A DNA stretch of 64,000 nt from Octopus sinensis (Eukaryota). The stretch covers positions 164,486,001 through 164,550,000 of the forward strand of contig NC_043000.1 of the NCBI RefSeq assembly GCF_006345805.1, written 5' to 3'. This document shows positions 13,014 to 25,885 of the stretch, piece after piece. Both the position numbers and the translations under genes were made by a program. The notes under the pieces are model-generated. The model made no database searches. It saw only the letters and a program-made list of their open reading frames with translations, and was not told where the DNA came from. Numbering within the stretch: the stretch's first letter is position 1; each line of letters begins with the position of its first letter.

Positions 13014-14113
13014 CTGCAGGAAGAGAGCAACAGATTATAACAGTGATGAATTGGGCAGAATAGTTTGAGTATAGGATAGAATGAGCCTGCATGTAAGAAT
13101 GTGAGGGCAAAAGATTTCCGTCTATATTTTATAGTAAAGTGATAAGAGGTAGAAAGGCTGGAAGTGGGAATCTCTAGCTGGTTGCTCAACTTGCTAGAAA
13201 TAGCAACCAAATCTTTAAATCACACCCTATCATCTTAAAAAAGGAAAGAACACACAGAAATGTGGTTTTAACATTATAAAAAGACAGGATGGCTGAAAAA
13301 CCTCTGATCATAAATAAACCTGCTTGGTTACTTGACACAAGTAGAGTGATGTATGTTGTGTAGGAAATATTTGAAAGAAAGATGCTAGCAGCAATGTTGA
13401 TGATGTTTGTATTAGTAAATCAACATCATTGTAACTGTACAAGTGGACTGAAGACAGAATTTGAAACTTGAATTGAAGAAATGAATAAGAAAACAAATTT
13501 GTTACATATTATCTCAAAGATAGCATTTTGTTTGTTTAAGCTGAGGTCAACTCAGGCAGAGTAGACCTACGATTAAAAATATTTCAACTGTGACCAAACT
13601 GTCGTTTTTCAAGTATAATGCATTTAAGACTACATTATCTAATGTGTTTTTCCCTTTTACAAAAATGGTATATGATGTGATACAAAGGAGATTTGGCTAC
13701 TATTTCTAACAGATAATGACCATGCAGAAGTTGCCTAACAGATAAGCATAGCCAGTGTGTATTGACCAAACATAAATAGAAGAGAGGAGGAAAATTAATC
13801 CAAGTGAAACATTACTGGTGTTTATTGACAGAACAGTCGAGGGCATCAAGCTAAGATGAACATTTTCAAGTTAATTTAGAATCAAATAGTTATTTGAAAG
13901 TTTCTATGTAAACTACCTCTGGCTCACCCAAGGAAAGCACTCTTCCTCTAGTTCCAATAAATAAAACTTAGAATCAAATAGATCTAGAGGAATTAAAAAA
14001 CAATCACTAATGACAATTTCTGGACATATAGCGAAAGACAAAATTAGTAAATGTTTCCCCCAATGTTATTATGAATGACTGTTAGCCAAGAAAAAGGACT
14101 CTGATGTACTGAC

Positions 14114-14229
14114 AGTGCTTCCGGAGATCCTGTAGTAACCACAAAGCATGCTGGCACTCTTGAACTTTGTATTCAGCTTTGTGATACAGACAGCTGGTTC
14201 TTCAGGACTGGACATCATCACAATATCCC
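14114..14229 (-). CDS. FBXO9: FBXO9 coding exon
   Basis: CTACAG / GTCAGT; (G)DIVMMSSPEEPAVCITKLNTKFKSASMLCGYYRISGST resembles GHVMMLTTPEEPQSIVPRL...LLGHYRLS; phase 1 to 0. Confidence 0.93.
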
Positions 14230-14939
14230 CTGTAGATAAGAAACTTCAATATAAGGTAAATATTGAATACATTACAGTTGATCAAAGAGAAGAGAGAGAA
14301 AATAAACAACAATATCTACAAAATATTTTTATTAGTCCATGAAATAAGGGTTAATAAGAGGGCTCACCTACTTCAATAATTCATATATACACCTAAAAAA
14401 TCCTAGTTTTGAAGTTAATCAAAACAAGCGTCTCTTAGAATCATCATTATTTAACGTCTGTTTTCTGTATTGGTATGGGTTGGATGGTTTGGTTTGAGCT
14501 CACAAGCTGGAGAATTGCACCAGGTTGTAGTTGTGTGTTTTGGGTTGGTTTCTATAGCTGGATGCTTTTTACGTGACAATGGTACAGGTGCTTTTTACAT
14601 AGCATTAGCACAGGGGCTGTTTAAGAGGTACCAGCACAAGTGCTTAAGCCTGGACTCCCAGACCTTTCCAAGCTTCCTAGACTATGCTTTAATGGCAATG
14701 TATTAACTTTCAGTTTGATCTTTTAGTCATTCATTAAAATGAAAGCAAAAATCTGTGGATGTTGGGGGAAAATATAGCAAAGAATCATATTAGCTTCACA
14801 TCACACTAAAGAGCATTTGTAAAACTAGATTATAATATAATCAATCTATATATTCTGTAATCAGTGAAAAATACAGGTTTCCAAACATGTTCAGTAGATA
14901 CGAGAGCTGAGGAGGGGCTGAAGCGATCAATGTACTTAC

Positions 14940-15053
14940 CATTTAGAAAGAATCGAACAAAGCGGCAATATTCCACTAAGTTCCATGGTTTGTAGAAGTA
15001 ATCCAGACCCTTTTCACCTTGACGAATGTAAGAACATTTGCTGATGTAACAGC
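14940..15053 (-). CDS. FBXO9: FBXO9 coding exon
   Basis: CCTCAG / GTAAGT; (G)[37 protein letters not shown] resembles [38 protein letters not shown]; phase 1 to 1. Confidence 0.97.
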
Positions 15054-15086
15054 CTGAGGAAGAGAAAAATACAGCATCTCTCATAT

Positions 15087-15120
<34 letters not shown>

Positions 15121-16029
15121 GCTACACATACACACAAACTGGTTCTTGTAGGTAAGTAAATATGACATACATCAATGAGTAAAGGATAAAAGCAAATAAT
15201 AAAAAGGTAAAGCTAACTTAAAATCATATATACACACATGTGTATCTCTTTTATTTGTTTCAGTCATCAGACTGTGGCCATACTGGAGCACTACCTTCAA
15301 GAATTTTTAGTTGAATGAATCAATACCCACTACTTTTTCTTTATAAATGGAATAAGATGAGGAGTCAGTTTGCTTGAGTGCTTCTCGATCATTTATTTAC
15401 TGTGTGTTTTCTTCAGTGGACAGCAAGGCCTGCTTTGCTTCATGCCACAAGACCACAATGACAAGTAAGGTTTCCATTTAGAAGAGCAGCGTTTTATATA
15501 TACTGTAAAAATCCATGTAATTTGCGTACCTGTATAATTTAAGCAGGTGATTTTCAGGATAAAAATTGTTAAAAAAGCTTCTACTCGTGTAAAATACACA
15601 CCGAATATTTTTCAGAATTGCCGATATGGCCAGGGGAAAAAAGGTTTTCAATTGATTTCACTTACTTATGATTAGATTTTATTAAATTTTCATTAAATAA
15701 AAATAATTTCTGTTTAACAGGTATCACATTAAAATCTATTAAATTATGAAGTGTTTGTATTGTTTATAGTAAGCTTTATTTTACATTTCTTGCCCACAAG
15801 AGATAATGTTCGATCTTTAGCAAACTTCTGTAAGTCTTCTCAAATCACATTCACAAGAAAAGTTGTTGGTAATTCTTATCAACAAAAACAAAGCTGATAA
15901 ATATGCACAGGTGTTGCAAAATAAGTTTAATTATCAATAATCATCAGCTTGGATGACACTTTACTCAACTGACAGAGGAAGGTGACCGATCACACTGATT
16001 ATGTAAACAGAATTCTAATCGGTTGAAAG

Positions 16030-16395
16030 TGTCTTCTTGTCTCAAGCTCTGATTTTCTGCCTATTCTTGTGGGAATCTTTGATATGGAGTATCAAAATTT
16101 TTATCCCTTTTTTTTTAAAGCCTGGTTCATATTCTATAGGTCTCTTCTGCAGAACTGCTAAGTTACAGGGATGTAACCACACAAAGATTAGTTGTCAAGT
16201 GGTGGGGGGGACAATCACAGACACAAACATACACACATACATAATGGGCTTCTTTCAGTTTCCATCTCCCAAATCCACTCACAAGGCCTTGGTCAGTCTG
16301 AGGCTATAGTAGAAGACACTTGCTCAAGGTGCCATGCAGTGGGATGAACCCAGAACCACATGGCTGAAAAGTAAACTTCTTACAAGACAGCCAGA
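16030..16395 (-). mobile_element. tRNA-headed SINE (family 1), CpG-decayed
   Basis: Matches 35692-36066 (GGTTCATCCCACTGCATGGCACCTTGAGCAAGTGTCTTCTACTATAGCC on minus). Confidence 0.75.
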
Positions 16396-16589
16396 CCAGC
16401 AAATTAGCAATGTTGTTAGGGTACCAAACAACACCGTATTGCTGCTATGTAAACACATCCCTAAAAACATCTGGTTTCGAACACTTGTACAACTGCTTTC
16501 TGGGCAAAGTGATTCTGGTGTGTACTCCATCCGAAATTTTTTCTACAACCTTTATGAAATTAGTAATGAAACAAAAAGATAAAATTTAC

Positions 16590-16678
16590 CATTATATCGA
16601 AGGTGAGGTCTTTGATAGAACATCTGCCTCCAGGAGCCATACTTCTTACAGTTTTTGCAATTGACACCATTAAACATC
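16590..16678 (-). CDS. FBXO9: FBXO9 coding exon
   Basis: TTTTTAAG / GTAAAT; (R)MFNGVNCKNCKKYGSWRQMFYQRPHLRYN resembles YTSWREMFLERPRVRFD; phase 2 to 1. Confidence 0.93.
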
Positions 16679-17677
16679 CTTAAAAAAACAATAATAATAT
16701 AGTTGTAGGTGAGTGTACTTGAGAAAGAAAAAAAGAGAAAGAAAACTGAGCTATTCACTTTCCTTAAATTAACTACCAGTTTATGTGATCCTTCAGTTTG
16801 CATCAGAGAACTATTTTGGTCTATTTAATCATGGCAGGCCTGTCAAAAAATAACTTAGTTTGAGCATTATTATTGTTGTACTTCAAAGAATTATAAGCAG
16901 TTCCACTAAAGCCAAAGTATGAAGGCTTCTATTGCCCAATAAGTCACATAAATATGATAGTTCCATGGCTTGTTGTGTATTAGGATCATATCAGTTTGAC
17001 AAAGCTTACATGATCAACCAGAAAAATTTGAGCTCAGCATTATAAACTAAGAAACAGTTGTGATTCCTATTGTGATCCTACTACTTACAGAGGGAACATC
17101 CTATGGTATCTGAAGGCAGCCAAGTGGAAACTAAAAGATAAAAGGACTATAGTATAGATCTTGAGTTCATACTCACACTATGAATGTGGTTTTATTTGAG
17201 CATTATACTTGTTTTTACATAACTCAATTCACAAAATTGCCTGAAATAATGAGCTTTTGATCATTTCAAATGCTGAAACAAATTTGTATCGTATCAAAAG
17301 GGGTAAAAATTCATCTGTCATTTGCTTAATACCACAACAACAGAGCTGAGGACTGCCTCTATGCCCAGGCATAGCACAGTGGATAAAGACATTGGCTAAA
17401 GCAGTGTACTCACCTAGAGTTTCTGAGTTCAATCTCAGACAAGGCACTAAGCTAATTCACATAATTCAACTAAAGCAAAAAAATGTCACAAGACACAGAG
17501 AATGGAATGAGAACAGAATTTCCCTATGGGTCAAATAAAGGGTTAGGTATGAAATTCCAATATAACAACTGAGTTTAACATGAGACACCTGAAGTAAGCT
17601 GGAGCATACAACTAAAATGTAATCAAAGTAAAATTCAAGATGAGGACACCAGTCTGACTAATATAAACACTATACAA

Positions 17678-17895
17678 GGCAGTGAACTGGCAGAATTGTT
17701 ATGATGCCAGACAAAATGCTAAGTGGCATTTTGTCTGTCTTTATGTTCTGAGATCAAATGCCACCAAGGTCAAGTTTGCTTTTTATCCTTTTGAGGTCAA
17801 TAAAATAAGTACCAGTTGAGCACTGGGGTCAATGTAATCGACTTACCTCCTCTCCCAAACTTACTGGCTATGTGCTAAAATTTGAAACCAATATA
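17678..17895 (+). mobile_element. SINE (family 3), CpG-decayed
   Basis: Homologous to 61787-61995 with CG mostly converted to TG/CA. Confidence 0.75.
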
Positions 17896-18164
17896 AACAG
17901 GATACACAATCTACTAATCATTAAACCATCAGCAAACAAGTTATCACTTTCTTGTTCATTCAACTGCAACTTTAGATGGTTTTACACGTTTTTTTCACCT
18001 TTTACGAATAAAACCATTAACATCAGTACAGAAAATAGTATTTAATTTATACTCTAAGACAAACAGGATAGTCTAGATAAAGGAAGTGTAAGTGGAAAAT
18101 TGTGTGCAAGTAGATGTCTTTAAAATTATCAGCATAATAATTATCATTCTACAAGAGCCTTATT

Positions 18165-18385
18165 CTCATTCAACGCAGCAGCTGCAGGCTGGAAGGGGCC
18201 TCATGGCAGGGCTCACACCAGGTGGCTGGATGTGATTAAGAAAAATCTCCAGAGGTTCAATGTCAACTTGGAGGATGCAGAGAGACTGTCAGTGATGAGG
18301 AGCACTTGTGGACCTGGTTGGCTCTAAGCACAATTGCACCTCAGGGACTGCTAATCTGGGACGACCCCAGTCCCATTGAGCAAGA
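18165..18385 (+). mobile_element. RTE LINE 3' fragment
   Basis: Translates AAGWKGPHGRAHTRWLDVIKKNLQRFNVNLEDAERL (GRxxTRWxD motif). Confidence 0.6.
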
Positions 18386-18677
18386 GGAGAAAGAGAGGAG
18401 AGAGAAAGAGAGTATGGGATTAATAGACAAGTAAATTTTGAGATCAATAAAAATGGCTACTGTAAGAGTAATAGACTAATAGTTACCATGGGAGTTAATA
18501 ATAATAAAGACTATTGTGAGACTAAAAGACTATTTTGGAAGTGAATAATAGTTACTTAGGAATTAATAGAATAATACACTGAGAAGTCAAGGAAATGGTA
18601 ATATCCATAACCAAAGAAAACAAAATGTCATAACAGCAAAATGGAAAAATGGTTAAAGAAAATCTGTGAGTCCAAAC

Positions 18678-18739
18678 CTGGTGCAAACTAGTTTCCAAAG
18701 CTCTTCATCCCGTGCGCATACATAGAAACCACGGCACAC
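18678..18739 (-). CDS. FBXO9: FBXO9 coding exon (F-box C-terminal part)
   Basis: TTTCCAG / GTTTGG; VCRGFYVCARDEELWKLVCT(R) resembles [20 protein letters not shown]; phase 0 to 2. Confidence 0.96.
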
Positions 18740-19064
18740 CTGGAAATAGCGATTTTTAAAAATATATTTGTTACAATGGTGTTATCAATAGAAATTAATC
18801 ACAATACTAATGGGTACTTTTTTAATGTAGGAGACTGCTTTTTTCAAGCCAAACGATATTTAATTTATCTAGCTGTAATATACTACTGATAGTTTGTTTT
18901 TTTTTAACTTTTAATTTATCCTAAACTAGATGAAAATCAAAATTAATGCCAGTGAGATTTGAATGCAATAAAAATAGGGTATCAAAATAAATGTAGGACA
19001 TTTAATTTGGGTCATAATTTTGTACAAATTTTTTTCTCTCTCTCTCTTGAATAATTATCATAAT

Positions 19065-19275
19065 AATCCTTTCAACTATAGGAACAAGGTCTAAAATTTT
19101 GAGGGAAGGGCATAGTTGATTACATTGACCTCATTGCTTAACTGGTACTTATTTTATCAACCCCTGAAAAGATGGCAAGTGAAGTCAACCTAAGTGGAAC
19201 TTGAACTCAGAATGTAAAAACAGACAAAATGCTGCTAAGCATTTTGTCCAGCATGCTAACAATTTTGCCAGCATT
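19065..19275 (-). mobile_element. SINE (family 3), decayed
   Basis: Plus-strand ACTGGTACTTATTTTATCAACCCC...TTGAACTCAGAATGTAAAAACAGAC...GCTAAGCATTTTG matches the family consensus. Confidence 0.7.
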
Positions 19276-19581
19276 GGTGTTGCTACTTTGGTTGTAAGCC
19301 AGCAAAATTACTGTGCCAACACCACTTTCCATTGTTTTCTCACTCTGACACTCTGAGATAAAGGACAAAAACCCAAAACATTAGATTATTCATTTCTCAT
19401 GGTAATTTAACTAAGCAAAATCTTCTATAACCTCTCCTTTGAACTGTTGCTGACAATGATCACAACAAATTTCCTTGCATTCCAGATTTTACTATTTCTT
19501 TAAGATCACATGAATTTTATGACATTTTCGACTTTTAGATACAATCTGAGAATAAAAAGAGAAAGAAAGAAAGGTACTAAC

Positions 19582-19683
19582 CTGTGACAACTGCTCTAGG
19601 GACCTGGTGTCAAGATCGGTTGATACAACCCACTTGAAAATATACATGACCACTTCTACAGGCAAAGAAGAAATATGGGTCGC
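19582..19683 (-). CDS. FBXO9: FBXO9 coding exon (F-box motif)
   Basis: CTACAG / GTTAGT; [34 protein letters not shown] resembles [33 protein letters not shown]; phase 0 to 0. Confidence 0.97.
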
Positions 19684-20141
19684 CTGTAGAAAAGAAATAA
19701 AACATCTTCAGAGAAGGTAGCAACAGGGACTTCTCTTTTCCCATGTCAACATTTTACAGTTACTAGAATAACTTTTATTTCCTTTTTTATCTTCCAGAAT
19801 CAATGGAATTCACTGACTTCAGAAAATATCAAACTCAACTATTCTTCAGTTATACAACATTTTCTAATGAATTATGTTAAACCTTCCTGTTACATATTCT
19901 ACACATATGGAAATCTATTAGATTCTTTGTTAGTTTCAGTAACATTAACGAGTTGAAATTTATGAGTTACAGGAGCAGTTAATTACAAACTGGTAAGTAC
20001 TGGTGATAGAGGATTGACAGTTATGGATGCTGACATTTTATCTAATAGGCTCTATGTAAGCCGAGCTATTGCAAGCTGAATCATAACTAAAGTAAACAAA
20101 CAAACAAAACAACAATGTACACAACAGGAAGATATCCATAC

Positions 20142-20241
20142 TCTTTGTTCAGAAGCAGGTGAGCAAATGACATTCTCGGATGCTTGCAAACGACTCAGCA
20201 AAGCCAACAAGTTTCCTTCTTCCACATCCTCAACAGATGCA
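20142..20241 (-). CDS. FBXO9: FBXO9 coding exon
   Basis: ATTCTAG / GTATGG; (N)ASVEDVEEGNLLALLSRLQASENVICSPASEQR; phase 2 to 0, joins the F-box exon in frame. Confidence 0.88.
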
Positions 20242-20664
20242 CTAGAATGAATAAGATGAAACACCTTTGAAGAACATTCATCATTATCAGAGTGTGTGAG
20301 TGTGTTTGTGCATCGAAAAGAAAAAGAAAGCAAGTGAAAAGTTCATGACCTCTGTAACTGAAAACTTAATATAAATATATAACTTTTATTATTGGAAAAC
20401 TAGTTTAATCTTAGAGCTGTACTTCAAACTATTTTAGCCTTAGCTCTGTAAATCATCTAAATATCCTGATTTCAGAGTTTTAAGTTATTCATAACATCTA
20501 AACTATATAAATTACTGAACTAGCTAAAACTAAGAACTGTAAACGCTCCTCCAGTTTGGTATTTCAGTAGGAAACCATCTCTCTATTTTCTAAACTCTAC
20601 TTTTTACATGTCCAGTTGAACAAGAAAGGAACAGTTTGCTGTTGCAGTTACCTCCAAGTTTCAC

Positions 20665-21040
20665 TCTTACTCTTTTACTTGTTTCAGTCATTTGACTGCG
20701 GCCATGCTGGAGAACCACCTTTAGTCGAGCAAATCAACCTTAGAGCTTATTCTTTGTACGCCTAGTACTTATTCTATTGGTCTCTTTTGCTGAACCACTA
20801 AGTTACGGGGATGTAAACACACCACCATCAGTTGTCAAGCGATGTTGGGGGGACAAACAGACACACACACACATATACGATGGGTTTCGTCCAGTTTCCA
20901 TCTACCAAATCCACTCACAAGGCTTTGGTCGGCCCGACGCTATAGCAGAAGACACTTACCCAATGTTCCACCCAGTGGGACTGAACCCAGGGCCATGTGG
21001 TTGGTAAGCAAGCTACATACCACACAGCCACTCCCACGCC
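20665..21040 (-). mobile_element. Full-length tRNA-headed SINE (family 1)
   Basis: Minus head GGCGTGGGAGTGGCTGTGTGGTATGTAGCTTGC; tail ...CCAGCATGGCCGCAGTCAAATGACTGAAACAAGTAAAAGAG. A second partial head at ~21200-21372. Confidence 0.85.
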
Positions 21041-22273
21041 TATTGCTAGCATTACATGAAAAACCATCTCCAAACATCAAGATCAACAATATCCCTAAAA
21101 ACACTCTCTTTGAATTAACCCAGACAAACTTATGCACACAGTAATAGCCGCAATATCAACAACCCTCTCTCTCTCTCTCTCTTTCGGAGAGGCACAAGCA
21201 CCTACACGCACATATGCACACACGGCAGTAACTTCCGCCTACCGAATTCAATTACAAAGCCTCGGTCGGCTCGGGGCTATAGCAGAAGACACCTACCCAA
21301 AGTGCCACACAGTGGGACTGAACCCGAAACCATATAGCTAGGAAGCAAGCTCTCTAACCACACAGCCATGCCATTATTCCAAAACACTGTGCTGGAATGC
21401 ACATCACCAATGGTAAGTGCAGAGGAATCATAGCAGTTGCACACTGACTAATTCCTCAGGTTTGCTATGGCCACCACCACTAGTTAGAGAGTACAATGTG
21501 TCCAGACTGCAACATTGCATGTCATACAATTAACAATTGTATGTTGTAATGTGTAGAATGGTCCTCAGCTAGATGGGTGCATAATAGATTTTTGGGTCGT
21601 ACACAGATACTCAACATGTTATAGATCTGTACAGAGTTAACATGGGGCTACAGCTAATTCAGTGCAGTGACTTCTCTTAGGAAACTACATAACATATAAG
21701 CCAAGATATCAACATGTCATAGGCTAGAAGCTACAAGATGGTAATTCTAACATTAGAGTGACTATATTAAGCCAACACGGGCCAACATTTTACAGTATTT
21801 TAATACACTTTGTTAGACATGCTGAAAATTAATTCCAACCATTTATTATCATTTACAAAATGTTCCTCAAATATATCAGGCAAAATCTTCTTTAAATGTA
21901 ACAAAATAAAATTTTTCTCAAAGTGTCAAAGTTAATCTTGAAATGTCTCAGCTAAACAACTTCTGTACTTAAGCAATGTCGACAGGTTTTATGGTTATTT
22001 CATAAAGCAGTTAAATGTAAAACTTATTCAATTGTATCTAACCTGGAAAATGACAGGCAAAATTGACAATGGCAGGATTTGAACATAGAACATAAGGTAA
22101 CAAAACTAAATATTCTCACCACCAGTATATCAGCTGCAATGTCTTTCCTAATCAACTTTTTCAAGTTGCTCATTTTGTACACTGACTTTTCTTCCTACAT
22201 TTCTAAACCTTGTCAATTCTGTCCTGGTCATAGACAATCACCTCCATCAGCTGCCACTTAACTAATTCATTGA

Positions 22274-22486
22274 CCCTTTAGCATTTAAACTGGCCATATC
22301 TGGCCCAATGATTCTGTTTTATGTTAAGACCAGCTAGATCTAACCTTACATCCACCCTACAATGTTATTCTAAAAATAATCAATCACAACACAAAATCAC
22401 AAAGCTACAAGATAATGCACGATTAATTCCAAACAATGTGAATGAATAAACATTACATTTGACAGAATAATCTGAATGCTAAAGGG
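22274..22486. mobile_element. piggyBac-like MITE
   Basis: TIRs CCCTTTAGCATT...AATGCTAAAGGG with degenerate TTAA flanks (TTGA/TTAG). Confidence 0.7.
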
Positions 22487-22655
22487 TTAGTCTGGTTGCT
22501 GTAGTCTTTGTGCATTGAGAAAGACAAGATCCTCATCACTGGTTGTTGATGGTTACCTCTGTCAACTGCTACTTAGTTCATTAATCTGGTCACTGAAGTT
22601 CCTTGTTTACCAAGAAAGACATTTATCTTTTAATAACTGGGTCTCTTTTAATAAC

Positions 22656-23161
22656 TAGAGCACAGAAAGTGTGTCAATAGCCAGCTGGAGATGTTCTCCT
22701 GGGGCTACAAGCTACAGTAGCATCCACCCTTAGTGGTTAACCTCATTTAAGTGGCAAATATACTCCATATTGTCGTGCAGCTACTGTTTATACTTCATTC
22801 GGAGATTTATTATTGCCTGTTTACACTTTTTCGAGATCCGTGACTTTTCGTCACTGGAAAAAGGATATATGTATTTGCTTTGGGACCCCTTCGAATCAAA
22901 GACCGGTAATTGTCGTGGGCTGACGATGAGTAAATACCCAGAAACCCGGGGCTGTGCATATCACGTCAGGTCAACGATGGGAAGGATGGCTTCCCTTTGC
23001 AAATACTGATAGAGCACAGAAAGTGTGTCAATAGCCAGCTGGAGAAGATGTTCTCCTGGGGCTTAGCATCCACCCTTAGTGGTTAGCCACATTTAAGTGG
23101 CAAATATACTCCACATTGTTGTGCAGCTACTGTTTATACCTCGTTCAGAGATTTATTATTG
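22656..23161 (+). repeat. 354-bp unit followed by a partial second copy (direct repeats 22656-22815 and 23010-23161), with a hammerhead-like core in the unit
   Basis: TAGAGCACAGAAAGTGTGTCAATAGCCAGCTGG...GAGATTTATTATTG occurs twice, 354 bp apart. CTGACGA-TGAGTAAATACCCA-GAAAC at 22920-22945. Confidence 0.8.
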
Positions 23162-23383
23162 ATTATTATTATTATCATAATAATAATAACAACAACAACA
23201 ACAATAATAATAACAATAACAATTTGCCCTAGGAGTTGGGAAGATATTTGGCAAGAAATGGAAAGAAAACTGAAAGAAGAAAAATTCATAATTATTATAA
23301 TAATAATTTTTTTCTTAGCCATAGGGGCTCAAAGAAAACAAAGACACAATTCTACAAAGAGAACCATACAAGAACTTACTTAC

Positions 23384-23417
23384 TTGCTGCCAATTGAAGT
23401 TTCACTAACTTGTCTTT
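23384..23417 (-). CDS. FBXO9: FBXO9 34-nt exon
   Basis: TTTACAG / GTAAGT; (E)RQVSETSIGS(N); supplies exactly the phase 1 to 2 link needed between flanking exons. Confidence 0.85.
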
Positions 23418-23899
23418 CTGTAAAGACAGCAATTGTTACAATAAGTATCATTATAAGGTTGTAAAGATTTTCAATATACGAGACAAAGCTTCAATTCCAT
23501 TAAAGAACAGTGAAATAGAGAAAAAAAAAGAAAAGAAGGAAAAAGACTGTTTTTTGTTTATGAATTCTATTTAAGATTTACTAAATGATACGTATTACTT
23601 TGCTGTTGTTAAAGAATTCACTTTTATACATTTCAATGCTAGCAAGGGTTAGACATGTATATTATAGAGGCACTGATTTAAATTCACAAGCCCTTTCTGT
23701 TACTAACACCTGTTAGTTTTAAAGTAAGGGATCTCTTATTCCATGTGTTTTCAGAGGTACAAAACAAGTGGATGATTTGTTGATAGGGGAAATGATAACA
23801 TCACTGAAAGTGGGTAGAAGGAAAAACTATAGAGAAACTCATTGGAAGGAATTGTAGCTGTTACAGTGTAAAAAGACAGTTCTGCAATTTCTTGCTGGA

Positions 23900-24155
23900 C
23901 AACCTGAACAAATCATTCGTTTATAGCGATCCAATGTTTGTGCTGCACATTAGATCTCAGTCCCTCTCCATCAAATTGACATTGCCTGTACCTGTGCTGC
24001 AAGTGAGCCACAAGTCAAGTGTCAAAATGATCATACAACTAAGGGAGATGAAGTGTTTTGCTCAACAACAAAACACACTGCCTGGCCCAGGAATCGAACC
24101 CATAGTCTTGTGATTATGAGTGCAATAACCTAACCACTAGGCCACATGCCCTCAC
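23900..24155 (-). mobile_element. SINE (family 4), decayed
   Basis: Plus GATGAAGTGTTTTGCTCAACAACAAAACACAC...GGAATCGAACCC...TAACCACTAGGCCAC is the reverse of a tRNA-like head. Confidence 0.65.
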
Positions 24156-24436
24156 TTACTGAATAATATACATAATCTGTCAATCAGTTTAATGACACCA
24201 CCTGCACTATGGGTGTCTTTAGCAGAAGCCAGTCTGTTGCTTGCATTCAGACCTATCCTCTGCTAAAAGGACATCAAAATCTTACTCCCTCTCACTCATC
24301 AGTCATACAGGTCCTGCAAAAACAGCATGAGGGCTGCTGTTCTTTTTCTGTTATTAAAAGAAAAACAACATCTTTTTACCCTTATGCTTACTCAAGATAT
24401 TAAGAAGGTGGTAAAAATATACATAACATTTCTTAC

Positions 24437-24520
24437 CTCTGCTTTTTACTCCAGGGTTATAATTCACATGGTACTCAATATCTGGGACCAATTGTACAGC
24501 TTGTCTGTAGAAAGTCACAG
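24437..24520 (-). CDS. FBXO9: FBXO9 coding exon (TPR-like region)
   Basis: TCTTAG / GTAAGA; (A)VTFYRQAVQLVPDIEYHVNYNPGVKSR resembles [21 protein letters not shown]; phase 1 to 1. Confidence 0.96.
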
Positions 24521-24934
24521 CTAAGAAGACAGAACAACAGCAAGATTTCACATTGGTTTCACATCAAAAGAAAACTGATTCATTTAACTCCACTCACTTC
24601 ATAGAATAAGCAAAGGCAGGAGAAGGGTGAGAGGGTGGGAACAGGAAACTGACAATTAAAATCTCTGTAAAGTTAATAACAAAAACAACAATTTTTAACT
24701 AAAACAAAAGCAACAAATTTGGGGTTGGGGGTGGTTTAATAGACCAACTCTAATACCAGACAGACACTTATTTTATCTACTCCCAACATGATGCAAAGTA
24801 AAGTCAAACCTGTCAAGATTTGAACTCAGAATGTAAAGGGATGTAACTAAATACCACAAAATATTTTCTTATACACTATTAATCCTCCTACTCCACCATC
24901 ACCAAACAACAACAACAACAACAACAGCAACCCT

Positions 24935-25325
24935 TTCTATTAAAGGTACAAGGCCTGAAATTTTGGAGGAGGGAATTAGTCAATTACATCGACCCCAGAG
25001 TTTCTCTGGTACTTAATTTATCGACCCTGAAAGGATGAAAAGCAAAGTCAACCTCGATGGAATTTGAACTGAGAACGTAGTGACGGGCGAAATACCTATT
25101 TCTTTACTACCCACAAGGGGCTAAACACAGAGAGGACAAACAAGGACAGACAAACGGATTAAGTTGATTATATCGACCCCACTGCATAACTGGTACTTAT
25201 TTAATCGACCCCGAAAGGATGAAAGGCAAAGTCGACCTTGGCGGAATTTGAACTGAGACCGTAGCAGCAGATGAGATACTGCTAAGCATTTTGCCCGGTG
25301 TGCTAACGTTTCTGCCAGCTTGCAG
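24935..25325 (-). mobile_element. SINE (family 3), dimer-like young copy
   Basis: Two internal copies of ATCGACCC(C/T)GAAAGGATGAAA(A/G)GCAAAGTC(A/G)ACCT...GGAATTTGAACTGAGA; CpGs largely retained. Confidence 0.8.
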
Positions 25326-25328
25326 CCT

Positions 25329-25359
<31 letters not shown>

Positions 25360-25627
25360 AAGTCTTTCTAATTTTGACACAAAGGCAACTATTTTTTTTT
25401 AAAGGGAGTGGTTAGTCAAATGCATCAGCTCCAATGCTCAACTGGTACTTATTTTACTGACCCATAAAGGATGAAAAGCATAGTTGACCACAGCAACAGT
25501 TGAACTCAGAATGTAAAGAGCTGAAAGTAATCCTGCTATGCATCTTGTCCAGCACAGACAAGATGGTTCAGCTAGCTTGCCACCATCGTAATAATAGCAA
25601 CAACAACAAAACCACATATTTTGAAGA

Positions 25628-25885
25628 ATGGATGAGGATAGCTGTGTGAAAAAGTGCCACACCCTAGTGGTTGAGGGAATCTGTGGAAGAGGTAGACCCA
25701 GGAAGACCTGGGATGAAGTGGTGAAGCACGACCTTCGAACATTAGGCCTCACCGAGGCGTGACCGAGACTTTCAGAAATATGCTGTGCATATGCGAAGAC
25801 CCGGCAAGCCAAGTGAGACCATAACCTCATGGCCTATGCCAGGGGTGTAACCAGCCCACTTATGCATACCTTTCCTTCATTGCAC
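25628..25885 (+). mobile_element. RTE LINE 3' end
   Basis: MDEDSCVKKCHTLVVEGICGRGRPRKTWDEVVKHDLRTLGLTEA: GRGRPRKTW RTE C-terminus. Confidence 0.8.

Noticed and set aside
17229-17447. Possible extra FBXO9 exon ending CTAG|GTGAGT near 17413
   Set aside because: The reading frame is complete without it and the peptide does not match FBXO9.
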